This document shows positions 11,801 through 26,800 of a stretch of 64,000 nucleotides of DNA, one piece after another. Within the stretch, counting starts at the first letter, position 1; each line of letters begins with the position of its first letter. The position numbers and the translations under genes were made by a program. Under the pieces are notes generated by a model that saw only the letters and a program-made list of their open reading frames with translations, had not been told where the DNA came from and made no database searches. Source of the stretch: Balanoglossus misakiensis. Taxonomy: Eukaryota; Animalia; Hemichordata. The stretch covers positions 14,228,304 through 14,292,303 of the forward strand of contig CM082578.2 in NCBI GenBank assembly GCA_040954595.2, given 5' to 3'.

Positions 11801-14800
11801 ACAAAATGCATTAATTTATTAAAATAAGATGATGTGGCCTCTAGTTAAGAAATGCTTTTTATTGTCACCAACTTCTGCAACATCTCAGAATTGTCGCTTT
11901 CCATCTAGCGTAATGTTGGTGGTGAAAAAATAGACACTTGAAAAAAACAGAAGTGTTGATTTAAAGTTATTATTTCACCAGTAGAGGGCAGTATTGTTAT
12001 TGTAAGTCAAACTTCAGTAAGGTGTAAAATGAACCCAAGACATCTGATAGATATGAGTGATTAATGAATTTTAAACATTTACTGAATGTTTGGTGATTCC
12101 AGTATATGAATTATTTTCCTGAAATAACCTATGTGATATTCAGAGGCTGAACACTATAAAAAGATCACAATAAAAAAACACTTGTACATTAAATTAAAAA
12201 TGCGTTGTAAAACTGTGCTCCATAGATAGTTATATAAAAAATAAATACTTGAACCATTATTTATCACGTCATCAAATTGCAAGGAAGAATATAAAGTAGA
12301 AGTATCATGAATAATTTATAATTTGCAATGTTCCATATCCATTGTGCTCTGTTCTAAATTTGGAAAGTCTTCCCTGAAGGCATTCCAGAACACCAATTGC
12401 AGTTTGGGGGTCAGAGGTCACCCCATGGCAGTTGAAGGCTCCACAGGTTGTTCTATGGCGCGTTCATATGCAAATGAGATGCAAATTGAATTCCATTCAG
12501 CGTTCCGAATTCTTGTATACACTTGCTATTGTATTTACAACAAGAGCAAACGTCTTGACATAGGTATATACATGTGAGTTCGGTATTTGCCTTAAAACAA
12601 CTATCAGGCATGATTATTTTTCTTTTAAAAAATGTGGAGTGCATTGGGAAGTTGCAGAATTTTGTTTGCCATTTGCGTATTTTATTTATTTTAATTGTAA
12701 AGCGTTGTGTGGGGTTTCGTACCAGTACCTGAAGCATCGGTATCAATGCTGGAGGGTCTTTCAGAATCTTTGGGCACACTTCCAATTCATTTTGAAATTC
12801 TTGTTGTTACAGAAAGACAACGTTGAAGCATCGCCAAAGAATGTCCACAGCAAAGGTACGTTTCTGCTCTCGTAAAAATTACAGTTTACACCGCCAATGT
12901 AATATTTATTGTCATATTCTCATATTGATAATTGAATGTATTTTCATGTCATGTATGGTTATTGGTTGGAGTTTAGATGTACAGTGCCAGGTGTTAGTTT
13001 GACAATTTTGGAGCTGAAATTACTCACTGAGAATGGGTTGTCATGGTTTCTGTGTGCATAACTTTGGCAAACTGCTGTTTTATTTACAATTTCACAAAAT
13101 TTATGGTTGCGAGTAGAGTTACCTGTTTCAACAACATCAAGGTTTGAACTGTTTTGATTAGCTTTATGGGATCTTAATGCCACTATTTACAATATCAGTT
13201 TTTTTTCATTAGCATATATTTGTGTAATAGTCATACACCATACCACATGATATCATAATGTTCTCAAAATGTGCTGAATTTTCGAAATTCAAAATTAACT
13301 GTACCACAGGTAGAAAACTACCAGCTGACTTATTGGCATTGAGCCAACATTCAAACGTGTAACATGTACAATATTTATTCAGTACCTGATGTAGGCTAGG
13401 CCAAGCCAGAAAGTAATGCCTGACTTCTGATGAATGCAAACTTCTATTATTCATTGCGTATCGTATTTTAGGTTGGAAGTCAGTCAAAAAGGGTTATGGT
13501 ATCATGAAACGTAGAGAAATCTACAACCACTGTTGGAGCACCAAGTCATTTCAATTACTTTCAGTGGGTATTTTTGAATGTAGAACCATTCATATTCACT
13601 GCATCTATTGAGCTGATACCAGTAACTGCACGTTGCAGATCAGTTTGATGCTTTTTGATGATTTGATATTGAAAAGCAGTGAATTTCTTCCATGTTCAAC
13701 ACATTGTGTCTATACATGTACATAGAGACAAATCTATACCCTGAGTTGCAATACAGCCTTTTACTATTGTCATTCAAATGACACAGATCAATACGATTGA
13801 TTGTTGACTTCAGTTGAAATGCCTTCAACCATCCACTGCCCAAGGTTTTCTCGTCTTTTTCTGTGTTCTTCCGTTACTAGTAAAGTCTGCCTGAGACTTA
13901 TGATTAGAAACCATGGCTACATCACCAGAGTTGTAAATACTTAATTTCTACTGAAATTTATGTTTCAGATGTTGTCCATAATATAACATAATATCAAATT
14001 AAACATAAAACCAGGCAATAAAACCTCTTTGAAATTTTCTCTCCAGTAGTAATGTACTGAACACCACATGTGGATGTACCTAATGTGTCTGTAACAGGAA
14101 GGGTTGCTATGACAACCGCAATGACTGTACTACAACATGGCATTTTGAATCTCAGCTATGCAGTCACTTATTGTATCTCATAAAAGACTTCATAGTCAAT
14201 AATCTTTATTTATGCCACCTTTTCTCAGTCGACAAGTGGTTACGTTTTGTCAGATGACCAATACACTGACATAACATATACATGTAGCAGTGTTTCACAT
14301 TTCAATCTGTTGTGTTTCATTCTCCAATATCAGCACCTGCCAACACCAATGCACCACTAAACATGGAGGACGAGAAGAAAAGCAAGAAATCTGGTATGTT
14401 TAGTATAAGATCAAAAAAGTTAAAGGCAATGAGAGAGAGAGAGACAGAGAGAGAGAGAGAGACAGAGAGCACAACTGGACAAAAACTGGTTGTAAAGACA
14501 CCGGCTAGAGTGACACTCAAGTTCTAAACAATTCTATGGAGCATCCATGCCCACTTCAACTTGATTTTGTTTTGATGTTTGACAGCTATGGCAGAGGAGT
14601 TGGGATTAGATGACCTTGAATTTGACGATGAGGAAGAGGAGTCCCAGTTTGATGAAGTTCATATGTTAGGAGACAATGTCATGAACTCCCCCACTGTCAA
14701 CAAAGTCAATGTATTGGTAGGTTGAATCAGTCTTGGGTCTTGAATTGTTTTCACAGATTAATTCTTTGACCCTGGACTTGTGTTTTTGGTTTATCCATTT

Positions 14801-17800
14801 TCATGTCACAAGATATCATTAAATTTTTCTGTCACCACCTCTATGCTGCACCTTTTTTTTTTATCAAAAACAATATATTGTTTATATATACAATTTTTGA
14901 ATGAAAATTTTCAACCACAATTTCAGAATCCAGTTGGTGTAGAGCCGTCTGTTGATAAGAAGAAACCTACAGAGAAAGATGAGGCAGATGTTTCAGGTAG
15001 TTTTGCATGTTACGATGTACACAACATCACAGCACAGTTTTGCCAAATTTTCAATTCTCTAGAATACATTTTAGTGATTCTTTAGAACCATCATATGTGT
15101 AAGAATTTGAAATAGAACCAAGAGTTTGAAAAATCATGTTGTTTTGGTCTTTATGCTTGGATGTACTAGAGATTTTTCTTACTGTACCCAAAATACTAAA
15201 TATTCACAGAAATTGATTGGGATTCAGATGAAGACCTGCTTCCATCTCAGTCTTCCAACAAGAAAGGTAAGACAACGACATATGCTTGGGTATGGGAGCC
15301 TTATGTTTGCCAACATTACTGTTTTCATATTGTAGTAAACCAGGAAACCTTATATCCTGCAAATGACACAGTGTCAATATCACACTACCTCCAAACTGGA
15401 ATGGTGAGTCGCGTTATGTCTGTTGATTAAATTATGAATTTTCGTTTTTGTAGGTGACAGTGCAGCCAACACCCCAAGAGTTAATACAGTAGATAGACTG
15501 TCACCAAGGGCACTTCCATTCAGTAATCTGACACCACAGAATCAAAGTACACATCCAGACCGCAGCAAGTCACCGGGTGGTCTGATTTCCAGCCTTGAAT
15601 CTGATGATCATACTGAAGAATCAGAGAGTGACTGGGAGAGAGAAAGGAAGGCTGAAAAGGTTGGTGGTTCCATCTTCTGCTGGTGGTTGTGTTGCTGGTG
15701 ATTTCACTCTTTGTTGGTGCATGGTTCAACCATGTGCTATCGATGGGATGAGTGCCTCATCAACCACTTCCATGTCTAAAAATCAGGCAGCACTCTGAAG
15801 TATGTTGTGATCAATACAAACCATATCGTCCACTTCATTTGATTTCTGTGTTTTTTGGTCGATTCAGGAACGCAAAAAACTTGAAGAGCAAATGAAAGCA
15901 GATGTGAAAAAAGAAGAAGACAGAATGTTACAGTGGGAGAAAGAAGAACAAGAAAGGAAAGAACGGGAAGAGAGAGAGGCAAAAGAAGCGGTGGAAAGAG
16001 AAAAGAGGGAAGCAGAAGAAAGAGAGCATCGACGTCTTGAGGAGGAGAAACAGAAGAGGCAGGAGGAAGACAGGAAGAGGAAAGAAGAGGAAAGAAAGAA
16101 AGAAATGGAGAGGAACAGGGAGGAGGAAAAAAGGAGGCAGGAAGATGAAAGGAGGAGGACAGAGGAACGAAGGAGGGAGGATGAGAGACGGAGGGCAGAA
16201 CAGCAAAGGATGGACGAAGAGAGGAGGAGACGAGATGAGGAGGATAGAAAGAGGAGGGCTGAGGAGGATAGACAGAATGCTGAGAGGAAGAGAAAGATGG
16301 AGGAAGAGAAGAGAGAAGCTGACAAGAGACGACAGGAAGAACAGAAAAAGATGGAAGAGCAGAGGAGAGAAGCTCAGAGGAAACTGGAGGATGAACGAAG
16401 AAAGTTGGAAGAAGATTTGAAGGAGCAGGAGAGGAGGCGAGAAATTGAGAAAAAGAAATTGGATGAAGAGTACAAGAAAAATTATGAGGACAAGATCGCT
16501 TTCAATGATAGAGTGTCAGATTTTGATGACAGCGAAAGTGATTGGAGTAATCATCAGTCACCGAGTCCCATCAGGTCAGTTATAAGCTCAGAATTTTACT
16601 TTTTATACCGGCATCAGCCCCAGGTTTCAGTCTCTTTGTGCAAATATAAATGTACCAACCACATTGTAAAACATTCCTGATATTTCCTCAGTCCTTTGCT
16701 ACATTCGATGGGCCTACCACATTGTAACCTTGTAACCTTAAATGCCTTTCTTCTTGAACAGAGCCTCAACAGGTCTTGGCAGGGCAGACAGTTTTGAAAG
16801 GAATAGATCATCAGTATCACCTAGGCAACCATACACACCAGGATCTGCTAACCCTGTAAGTCAGAACATTACTTCATTAATGAAGAATTGAGTTGCAGTA
16901 ATAATTCAGTTGGCAGCCCCACGTACCCCACTTCTATGCCCCCCAAAACGTTTTTCTTTTCTGAAAGCATTCCTGTGCATGCTTTTTGCCTTCATTATTA
17001 CTGCCTGTCGAGTAGCATATACAAACTCACCAGACATGTATAACATTGAGACACAACAGTGGCTGAAGAATAATAAAATAAATTGGCAAGCTAGCGCAAC
17101 GTGACGGCCATCAGCTGGTTTGAATTGTCCACAAGAAATGTCTTTGCACCTCATGCGTCTGAAAAATGGATGTTAAATTTTCTGTTTACAGAGTTGGAAG
17201 CAGATTGTAGCAGAGGAGGTCGATGGCTTGTCGTTTTCTGACACGGACACAGAAGGTGATGGCATGCACTCGTTTGTTTCATCAACTCCATTACCATCTC
17301 CACTCTTGACATCATCACAGCTTCCACAAGGTAATAGGGCAAAGGGTAAAGGTCATCATCTTGAACTTGTTAACTTTCATCATTATGCATGTGCATATAC
17401 ATTTACTATAAAGCCCCTCACCCCCTTTTTTCCTGGATTTATTTTCATCTCTGTCATTCATTGAAAACAATAGGTTTGAATAAAATTTATGAAATGGTTA
17501 AAATAAGGTGGTAACTGTGAGAGTCATATCAACATGAATACAAGTACATTTCAATCCATCATCATCATCATAATCATCATAGTTACAAAGTTGTGTAGTT
17601 AAAAAGTTGAAATGCAATTTATCCCTGGTACCAGTGACAGACCCAGCTGCAATGATTCAAATCCAAGAGAATATTCGCGATCACAAGCGACTGATTGACA
17701 AGGAAAGAACTGCTAGAATCACCATGGAAACCAAAGTTAAGAAACTAGAAATGGAGAGAAATGATCTTCAAAGGTACGTCTTCTTGTTTTGAGTTTTACT

Positions 17801-20800
17801 GCCAGCAAATTATGCATTACATGTACATGTGACTTTGTAGGCAAAATATGCATTTTAGGGGTCACCTTTCCAGCTTATGAAATACAAAGCCAAAAATAAT
17901 AATGAAGATAACTGCTGAAGACATTCAGTTCAAACTTTCAGCATTTTTGAGTGAATATTCACTGCAAACTACTGCAGAATTATGGAGACCTTAGAAGTGT
18001 ATACACTGAAGTTTGTTCTCGAACACATTCTTCCTCCATATTGCTTGCCCAGAACCTAACCCACATGGTTTTCATTTTCACTCATGTAGAAAAATTGAAA
18101 GATTATCACAGTCCAAGACCTCACTGGAACAAGAAAAAATGGAACTCGACGCCAAAGTCAGAAATTTGAAGTAAGTATTTTGTAAATCAGGGTGGGGATA
18201 ACATCAGTTCAGTCACTTTCTAGAAATTACAAAGCATCCAATCTTGGACAGACTGTAGTAGAATCTACTTGACCCGGCTGCCCTTTGCAATTTATGTTGT
18301 TGGTCCTTACAAGAACACCGAAAAGAAAGAGATTTTCTGGGTTTCTTTAGCAGCTGTTACAAGGAATTTGCGGTTTGCTAAGACATGTATACTTTTTGTA
18401 CCTCTTTTAATTGACCCTTCAATTGCTCATTTGTAGTTACAAACTGACAGAAGAAACAGAGAAAGCTAACAGTGCTGAAGCATTGTTGGAGAAAGCCAAA
18501 GAACAACTGGAAAGAAAGGAGCAACAGTATATGCAGTGAGTTATTCAGTCATGTGACTTGAACCAACCAATCAAGTATAAATGTACAGATTTGAGGACTT
18601 GCATTGCGTCATAATTTGGAAATGATACTGCTGAAGTTGAGCCTGTCACTCTTTGTTTGTTTGTTTGTTTGCTTGTTTGTTTTTGAGCCACACTAACATC
18701 AAACATCTGATGTCATCTCTCTTTCAGAGAGCTTGAAGCCAGGCAGAAAGTTGAATTGTCATCAAGAACTTTGCAGATGGAGCTACGTAATGCACTCAAC
18801 TCAATCAAACAGGTATGTCCTCAGTCACAAATCATAAACAGAACCAAAGCATCTTCCAGTATTATAGGAACCAGTTTACTTGAAGATGTGCCAAGGTCTT
18901 TGTATTGTTTTAAAATCATAACATATGTTTTTGTTGCCTTTTTGTATCACAGCTTGAGGAGGACAAGGATGAAATCCGCAAAGAACTGGTGCAGACTCGC
19001 AGTGCCAAAGACATTCAGGAACAATTCAACCAAGACCACATCCAAGTACATGAAGCTCTCCAACAGGTACGAAGTTACTTACTGTGTTTTCACTGGACTT
19101 TGTTCCTGTTGTCACATACTAGAATAAGCTGTTGTGAAACAAATTTCAGATATATCAAAATTTAGAAGTTGTGGTTGCAATCAGTTTTTACACTGCAGAC
19201 TACACCACTGCTTGGTAAAATAGTGAGAGAAAAATAAATATTTTTCTGACCAGTCCTTTAAAAACCTTTGTTTTCGGCTTTGCTGCAGTCTAAACTCTGA
19301 CTAGCTTTCTGAACACTCACTCAATGCAATACTTATTACAAGGCACACAAGATCTTACTCTGATTTTGTTTGTGTCAATTGACCAGTTGACTTCACCCTT
19401 TGCAATTAAAATTTCTAGCTTAGCACTGTCTAACGCCTCATTTCCGTTTTTTGTCCCCTTTTTCCTGTGCATTGCTATCTTTATGCTTGTGATTTTATAC
19501 AGGAAGTTGAGCAGTTTGAAGCTGAAAAGGTATCATTGTAATATCACAAGATTTTCAATGTATTCACTGTGTTGTTTAGTTCAGTCAAGTCCATACATGT
19601 ATATACAAATTAAAACTTGGCGTTCATTGTTAATTTCTAGGTACTGGTAAACTATTTTTATATTAAATTCTGTGTAATGATGAGTGTGTTCTATAATGCA
19701 AATGGCAGAACTAATATGTCTATATGTTTATAGCTACTGACCTCTGCATGTTGTTCTAAGGTAGACACAAGTTGTGTTAATATGTAATGGTGGTCTTCAT
19801 TCTTAACAATCATTTTGCATGTTGTTCTTAATGGCTTTACTGTATGTACAATAAAGAAATCAAGTTTCTGGTGCTGTTATATTCCAATATGCGAAAACTG
19901 TTCTCTTGAAATCCACTCAGTCTGGTTTTGACTTCATAGAATATCTTTGGGATGATAAAATCAGCAATTGATAAGTTCTGATATTTTGTTTCATTTGTTG
20001 GAGTATTGCAGTACAACGTCTTTTTCAAAAAGGATTTGCATCAATGTTGTATCCAGTAACTGATATCCTGTTGTATTTCAATTGCATGCAATTAGTCTAA
20101 TAATGTTTGATTTATCTATATTGGTATATTTTATGCATTGATACTTGGGAATATCATTTTGCCTCTTTTTTATTGATTTCAGGCAGAAATATTCAGTCGA
20201 CTGGAGACGGCAGATGAAAATCGCAAATATGCATTCGATCAGAACGACCGTCTCAAAGCTGAACTCTATGGACTCAAAGTGAGTTTACTGCAAATTAAAT
20301 GTGTGATCATCACTGTGTATTCATATGCTTTTCTTGTTTAATAGGGGAGTGTGTAATCTCCAAAGACAAACTTTGATGTTCAATTCAGGTGCAGAATATA
20401 CTTGAAGCTGGATATCAAGTTCTTCCAGATAGTTGAATAACTTGATGATCGCTGGGATATGTGAGTGGCTGTGATTCTTTGACACAAATTTTTTTCACTC
20501 CCGTCAGATGGAACTGGAAAGAGTGCGTTCACGCTACAAGGATGACCAGGGAATGCTGGCTGTGGAGAACGAAGAACTCAACAACCGAATAGAAGAACTC
20601 AAAGGTGAAATTGTAAGTAACATCTGGTATACTGCAGTCAGTCCGTGTGTGTCTGTGTGTGTGGATGTCAGTACATGATACTGAATCAGCTGTCCATATT
20701 GCATGATATTATATCTATCATCCTATCTGTACAGAGACTAAATGAAGAGGCCTTGGCCCATGCCACCATGACATACAACGCTCATCTGGGCGCCGCCAAA

Positions 20801-23800
20801 ACAGAGAATTCATTACTGGTGTCCAACCTGGACAAAGAGAAGAACTCCAGAGAGAAACTGCAAACGGAGGTAAAGACTCTTTCACTTATTAGTTTCTGTA
20901 CCACAGTGGGTTTCAGTACTTTGTTAAAAGATGGAGTTGAACAGTATGACGGGTTCAAACAGAGACTCACAGTTCAACTCAGCAACAGACCTTTAACCGC
21001 TAATCTTTTCTCATTGTGCGGGATATGTCACAGGTGCAGTCTTTGTCCAACCGTCTGACAACAACCACCCATGAGCTGGAAAAGTCACAACAGGCCAGGA
21101 GTGATCTGGAACGGTAAGTCAGACATTGGATGTTGATCATGTACCAGTGGCTGTTCAGAGTGTTGTTCATCAGTACAGAGCGTATGTCCCTCAAATGATC
21201 GACCACACTCTTTGATGTAAGATGTGAAGAGCTAATTTCCACTATATTCATATGCAGACAGTATATATCTGAATTCCAGGCCCTTAAAACTTGACAGATA
21301 TTATTCAAAGCAGACTCTAATTGAAATTACAGCTTTTAACTGACACTGCCCTCTTTAAATAAAGTTGAATGATAACATGTTCATCTTGGATGAGATGGTG
21401 TAGTTTGATGTCTTGTAGAATTTTCTTATGATTGTGTGTATTCTTATTTCTTGCGGTGTTGTCCATTAGTACACACTGCTGTAGTTTCTAATGTTGTGTT
21501 TCTTGTAATGTTTCTTTTCTTTGCCTTAAAAACCAAAGCAGGACAATTGAAAGGTGAATACAGGAGCCTGGTTTCTGTAAATCCCTCAAACTCAATGATC
21601 CCATCCCAAACTTTGTGGCGTTGATATCGGGTTACTATTTTGGTGATGATAATGCATGTGACTTTCATAAAAACCACATTTTATCCAATGTACATTCCAC
21701 TCACATAGTGTTGGAATTGAGATTTTTTGTTCCTCAAACCATCTGAACACTAAAGTAGCGGGTACAAATGGATTTCCATGAGACCATGAGCAATTTGGCT
21801 GAAAGCATGACTTGAAGCAAGGTTTCACTGTGTGTGTTTAATGTGGATCAAGGGACACTGTGTGCAGGATAATAGGAAAATATACACCTATTTGATACAT
21901 GTAGGTGTGGTACATGTAGGGGGAACTACCCTGATTGTCAATGCATGAGACACCGAGTCCACCTGGGGTTGTTTTCCTTGTTGGTGTCACATGACAGTCA
22001 TGTGAACGGTTTGATTTGAATCAATCTGCATTTGCTCATGTAATAAGAATATCTCCTTTCCTTTGCTCTGATACTCAATCTCGAAGTTTTAATGTTTACA
22101 GTACATCACAACGTGAAAGAGACGACCTGAAGAGGGCTGTGGAGAGATTGGAACAAGAACTGAACTATACTAGGGATGGTGTTCAGGTATAAAGTCAAGT
22201 AGTTTGAGTTTATAGATTACATGCATGATGTGAAATAATCTTCCAAAATGACAATAGTTTGGTCCATGACCAAATATTTGAGGTTTTATGAATTTTCATG
22301 TATTTTTTTTTCACAGTCCAAAGCACAGAACCTTGGTGCTGCTGAGAGCAGATTGAAGAGTGTTGAACATGAGGTGACTATTAAATCATTCAGTGGATTT
22401 AAAAATATATATATATGCTTTGACCAAGAAAGTATGTCTCACAAATGCCAACATGGGTACTGAAATAGATCTTGTATGAAGCAATATTCCTCTTTTTTTT
22501 GTTTGATTGAAGGATTGATCTATACATACATTTGTTTCGCAGTTGCACATCTCAAATCTTCAATTAACTGAACGGAACGGTCAGTTAGCATCATTACAGA
22601 GAGAACTTGACCAGCGGAAATCAATGCTGGACAGTTCAGAAAAAGAGCTTATCAAAGAAAAGGTGAGAATGACCAATGATTGATGGTAATATCTTACTAC
22701 TAACATCACCATATCTCTTTTCTCTCAGTTCACACTTCAATTTTATTAATAATCCTGGTTGTTGCTCTGCAGGAAACAAGAATAAAGTTGGAAGCCAAGT
22801 TTGAAGCTGCTTCTGATAGGTGAGTAGGCAAATAAGAAATGAAAACCACATGTATTCAGTGATACACATTTGGTTGTTGTTGCTCATGTGATGTGTTCAT
22901 CATAATTCATAGAGAACTGAAGTCTGAATATTATTATTGACGATATACAGCAATTCAATTCAATTAAATTATTATAAAATATTACTATTTTATAGAATGC
23001 TTGTATGTTTCATTATGATGCACGTTCGAAAAAAGACTTGCATTGATCAGCCAGCTTTGTCATGATGTCTGTGTTTTCTGTAGGTTGTCAAGCACGCAGA
23101 ATGAAATGTCACAGATCAAGTATGAAAGCACAGATGTACAGGTCAGTGAGACATGCACTCAGTGACAAAGAGAATTTTTTTGACCTTTGAATGACTGAAG
23201 AATGACAATGTTAAATTTTATTTTCTTTCTGTTGGGTCGATTTCAGTCTCAACAGCTTTGAACCACAACTTCTTGGCAGCATTATTAGAAAGGTTGTTAC
23301 TCTACTATTTACATGATGTTTAGCACTAGTCTGTGAAGATAATCAACAGTCATCCCAGTCATGCACTGTTCATAAAGCATGACAATTTGATTGGTGTGTG
23401 TCTTTTATTGCAGGGTAAGCTTGATAGTCTGTTGTCGTCATTGAAGTCTGACCATGACAAGTCGGAGGCCATGCTGATAGAGAAGAACAAGAGTTTGGCC
23501 GAGATGGTGGAAAGATTGAATTTAGATCTCAGCAAGGCTGAAGAGAAACATGGCAAACAAGAACAGCATATCGGTCAACTCCAACAGGTCTGTACTTGAT
23601 TATCTGTTCTGGATTTTCAGTTGCCTTCCTTGGGGGAGGGGGGGGAGTCCTATTTTTTTCTGCCAAATCCCTAATTGAGAGTGCACAGCATCACTCAGAA
23701 ATTCTATGTTGAAAATGTTCATTGATCTCAAACTTAGATGAGTAAAACTGTGTACATCTAATTGATGCGGTGATATTGAAATTTCTCTCTCTCTCTCTCT

Positions 23801-26800
23801 CTCTCGTTCCCCTTCCTCCCGTCCTCGTTTATTGCCCTTGTAGGAACTTGCTGATGTTATCAAGAAACTCTCCGGTGCAGAAGCCAGATTGGAATCAGCT
23901 GAAAAGGTGAGAAAATGAAACACAAAACCACTGTGCATGTTTTCTGTAAGAATTAATAGCATGTTAAATGCATGATGGTCATTACTTGTTAAGGTATGTC
24001 ATGAATTGTGTTTGCCAACACGAATAAAATCATAGCTGAGTTTTTAGTATCCATGTGATATGCACAAAATGCCTGGCAAACATACACTTCAGAATGGATA
24101 GGAGTATTTGAGTGGAAATGTTAGTCCAGTACTGATGAAACTCTCTATTGAATAAACTTCTTTTTGCCAGTGCATACAAGGTGCAGGCTGGGTACTAGAA
24201 ACTCAGGTCTGGGGTAAACATTGTAAGAATAAGGTACCATCTTCATAAGATGTGTTGTGAGTAAAATGAGCATGGTTCAAACACAGATTTCACACACCCA
24301 TCATTAAACTCCATTTTGGAACCACCGCTTGCTTCTCATATGCTTTTCTCATGTAACTATAAATTGCAAATTATACTAACTTACATTTAAAATATGTGTA
24401 CTAAAGAAACACTGATAAATTTAATAACTTTGCCAATTTTTAAAATAATTTTGTTGCTTTTTATACTGAATAAAAAGTTCAAATTTTACTGCTCTCTTCT
24501 AAATACTAATATTCTCTAAACAAAATAGATTATTTTGATTAATGTCTTATGCATGATGATTTGCATATTATTTTTTGTTTTTAACAATCAAGTACTAATA
24601 AGAAATGACTATGAAATATCAAACAAATCTTAAAACAGCATATCTGTGTTTTATTTTGTTTTCTCCCCCTCTGCATAATCATCTCCCCTGTAACATCCAA
24701 TTTTCTGCACCCAGGAATGCACTCAGCTTTACAAGGACAAGGAAGCGCATGCAAACCTCCACGAGAAGGTAATCCTAGGTGTTTTATCATACGCTTGCAG
24801 ATGCGGTGTGGAGACTCTCTGGTCTGTGCCAGACACCGCTCTGCAGTGTATGATAATAATTATGTTGTCATGGTGTTTTGTGATTTGGTTCAAACCTGTG
24901 TAGTTTTCACAGTTGAGCTACATGTGCTGTTATTTTCTGGAATTTTTCTTGACCATGATGTGTCAACTAAAACAACAGGCATTTCCCCTTTCCTCAATTT
25001 GCGATTCCACTTCAAAAAAAATTCACAACAGCACAAACATACAGCTACACATCCCAACAGAGTCCCTTCAGTCACATTCACTTTGAACCAAAATATCAAG
25101 ATGCCATGAGATATAGTGACTCCGTGATGAAATGTGTAACTTTGCATGCTGTTTTCAAATCCTGCGCTCATCGGGTTGTATAAAAGCTGGGTCGTAGAAA
25201 GCTCATGGTGACACACCACAACTGTAGGTACATGGTCTTGCGTAGTGGTAGTGATCTGGTTGTTTCAGCTGATATGGACCACCAGAAATCAGTATATGGA
25301 ATGTATTTGTTCTTCTATCTTTTTTCTTTACTTGTATATTCCATCAAATTATGCAATTTGTCATTTGAAAGTGTTAATAATTGTGATTCAAACTGTTCAA
25401 TAATATTCATTTTCTATTCCAGATGTAACTGAACAAAAGGTCAGTTAAAGTGGCCAGTGAAAGATTTATGGAGTCGGTTGAAAAAGCAGATTCCATATGA
25501 GGGATTGTTGACAAGTTCTAATGATAGTCATTTCACTTGTTTTCTCACAGCTCTTTGGATCAGAGAAAGACCGCATGACGTTGGAACACAAGATTTCTCT
25601 GTTGATGGACAAACTTGAACAAACTGAGAAGGCACTGCAGGACGCCCACCAACAGTTAAGCAACGCCCAGGAACAGCTGGAACAAGGCAAAGAAGTGGAA
25701 GAACGCTACCACCAACTTGACATCGAGAAAGCCAAACTAGAGTCAGCGGTTGAGAGCGAAAACAAGAAAGTGGAACGGTTAGAGAAAGAGATGGATGACT
25801 CTCAGAAAGTGCGCAGTAGTCTTGAAGCGCTGGTGGCCAACTTGAAAAGCGCAAACATTCACCTGGAAGACAGGTTGAGTGAAGAGACGGCCGCACGCAG
25901 TCTGTACGCCAGGGAAGCCGATGATCACAAGTCATTGTGGGATAGCGAGGTCAAGTCCAGGTCAAAGCTGGGTCTGAGAATTGCACAGTTGGAGAGAAGC
26001 AAGGGGGAAGTGTCAGAACAGGTGAATGAGGTCAGTTTGGGTCAACTTGGTTGTCTGAACAGATATTGCTACACTAGAACTACATGTATAGATTTAATTT
26101 GGGTTAGGGTGTACAACATATGTATGAGATGTAATTGATATTTTGATGATTATACACATTTGTTGTGCATTTGCTTGCTTCTGTCTTTTTGTCAACATTC
26201 AGTTTCTGCCGTTGTTTGTCATTCCTTGTTTTGTTCCTATTTTCAGGAAAAGAAGAAGACGCGGAAGATGGCTGAGCTGAAGCGACAAGCAGAGACGAAA
26301 TTGGAAGCTGAAGCTTTAAGGTTAGATTGGCCACATTGTCTCCACACTTATACAACTTTGATGAGTGAAGTGTATTGTAAAATGAATTGTGTACAATTTG
26401 CCTGATGTTTGGGTACTAACATTTCCAACAGAGAATAGCACCAAAAATGATGAAATTGCTTTGTTTCACAGAAATCAACAGCTGCAGAAAGAAATTGGAA
26501 TGATGAAGAGTGCATTGAAGTCTGCCAAACGTAAACTCAAGGTCAGTACGTCCATTGATCGTTGCAATCTCCCTCGCAAGAACAGTGTCACATCATTCCT
26601 TACAATTTAGGAGTGAAGAATTAAACTTTTGTGTCCCTGTGTATTGCAGGAGCTGGAGAACCCTGATTTAACCATCAGGTCCCTGCAATCCAACTACGAC
26701 CAAGAGAGGAGGACGTTGGGTGACACCATCAGCGGTGTGAGGAGACAGAATGAAGACCTTGCTCGTCAACTGCAGGTGGAGAATGATATGCGTGCCAGTC

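Noticed and set aside
15864-16420. Overlapping ORFs: Ser/Leu/Phe-rich on the minus strand and Arg/Gly-rich in an alternative plus frame
   Set aside because: These are shadows of the purine-rich E/R/K exon; low-complexity sequence lacks stops in other frames.
25124-25272. Possible C/D-box snoRNA (GTGATGA ... CTGA)
   Set aside because: No convincing terminal stem flanks the boxes and I recognised no rRNA-complementary guide; such short boxes occur by chance.
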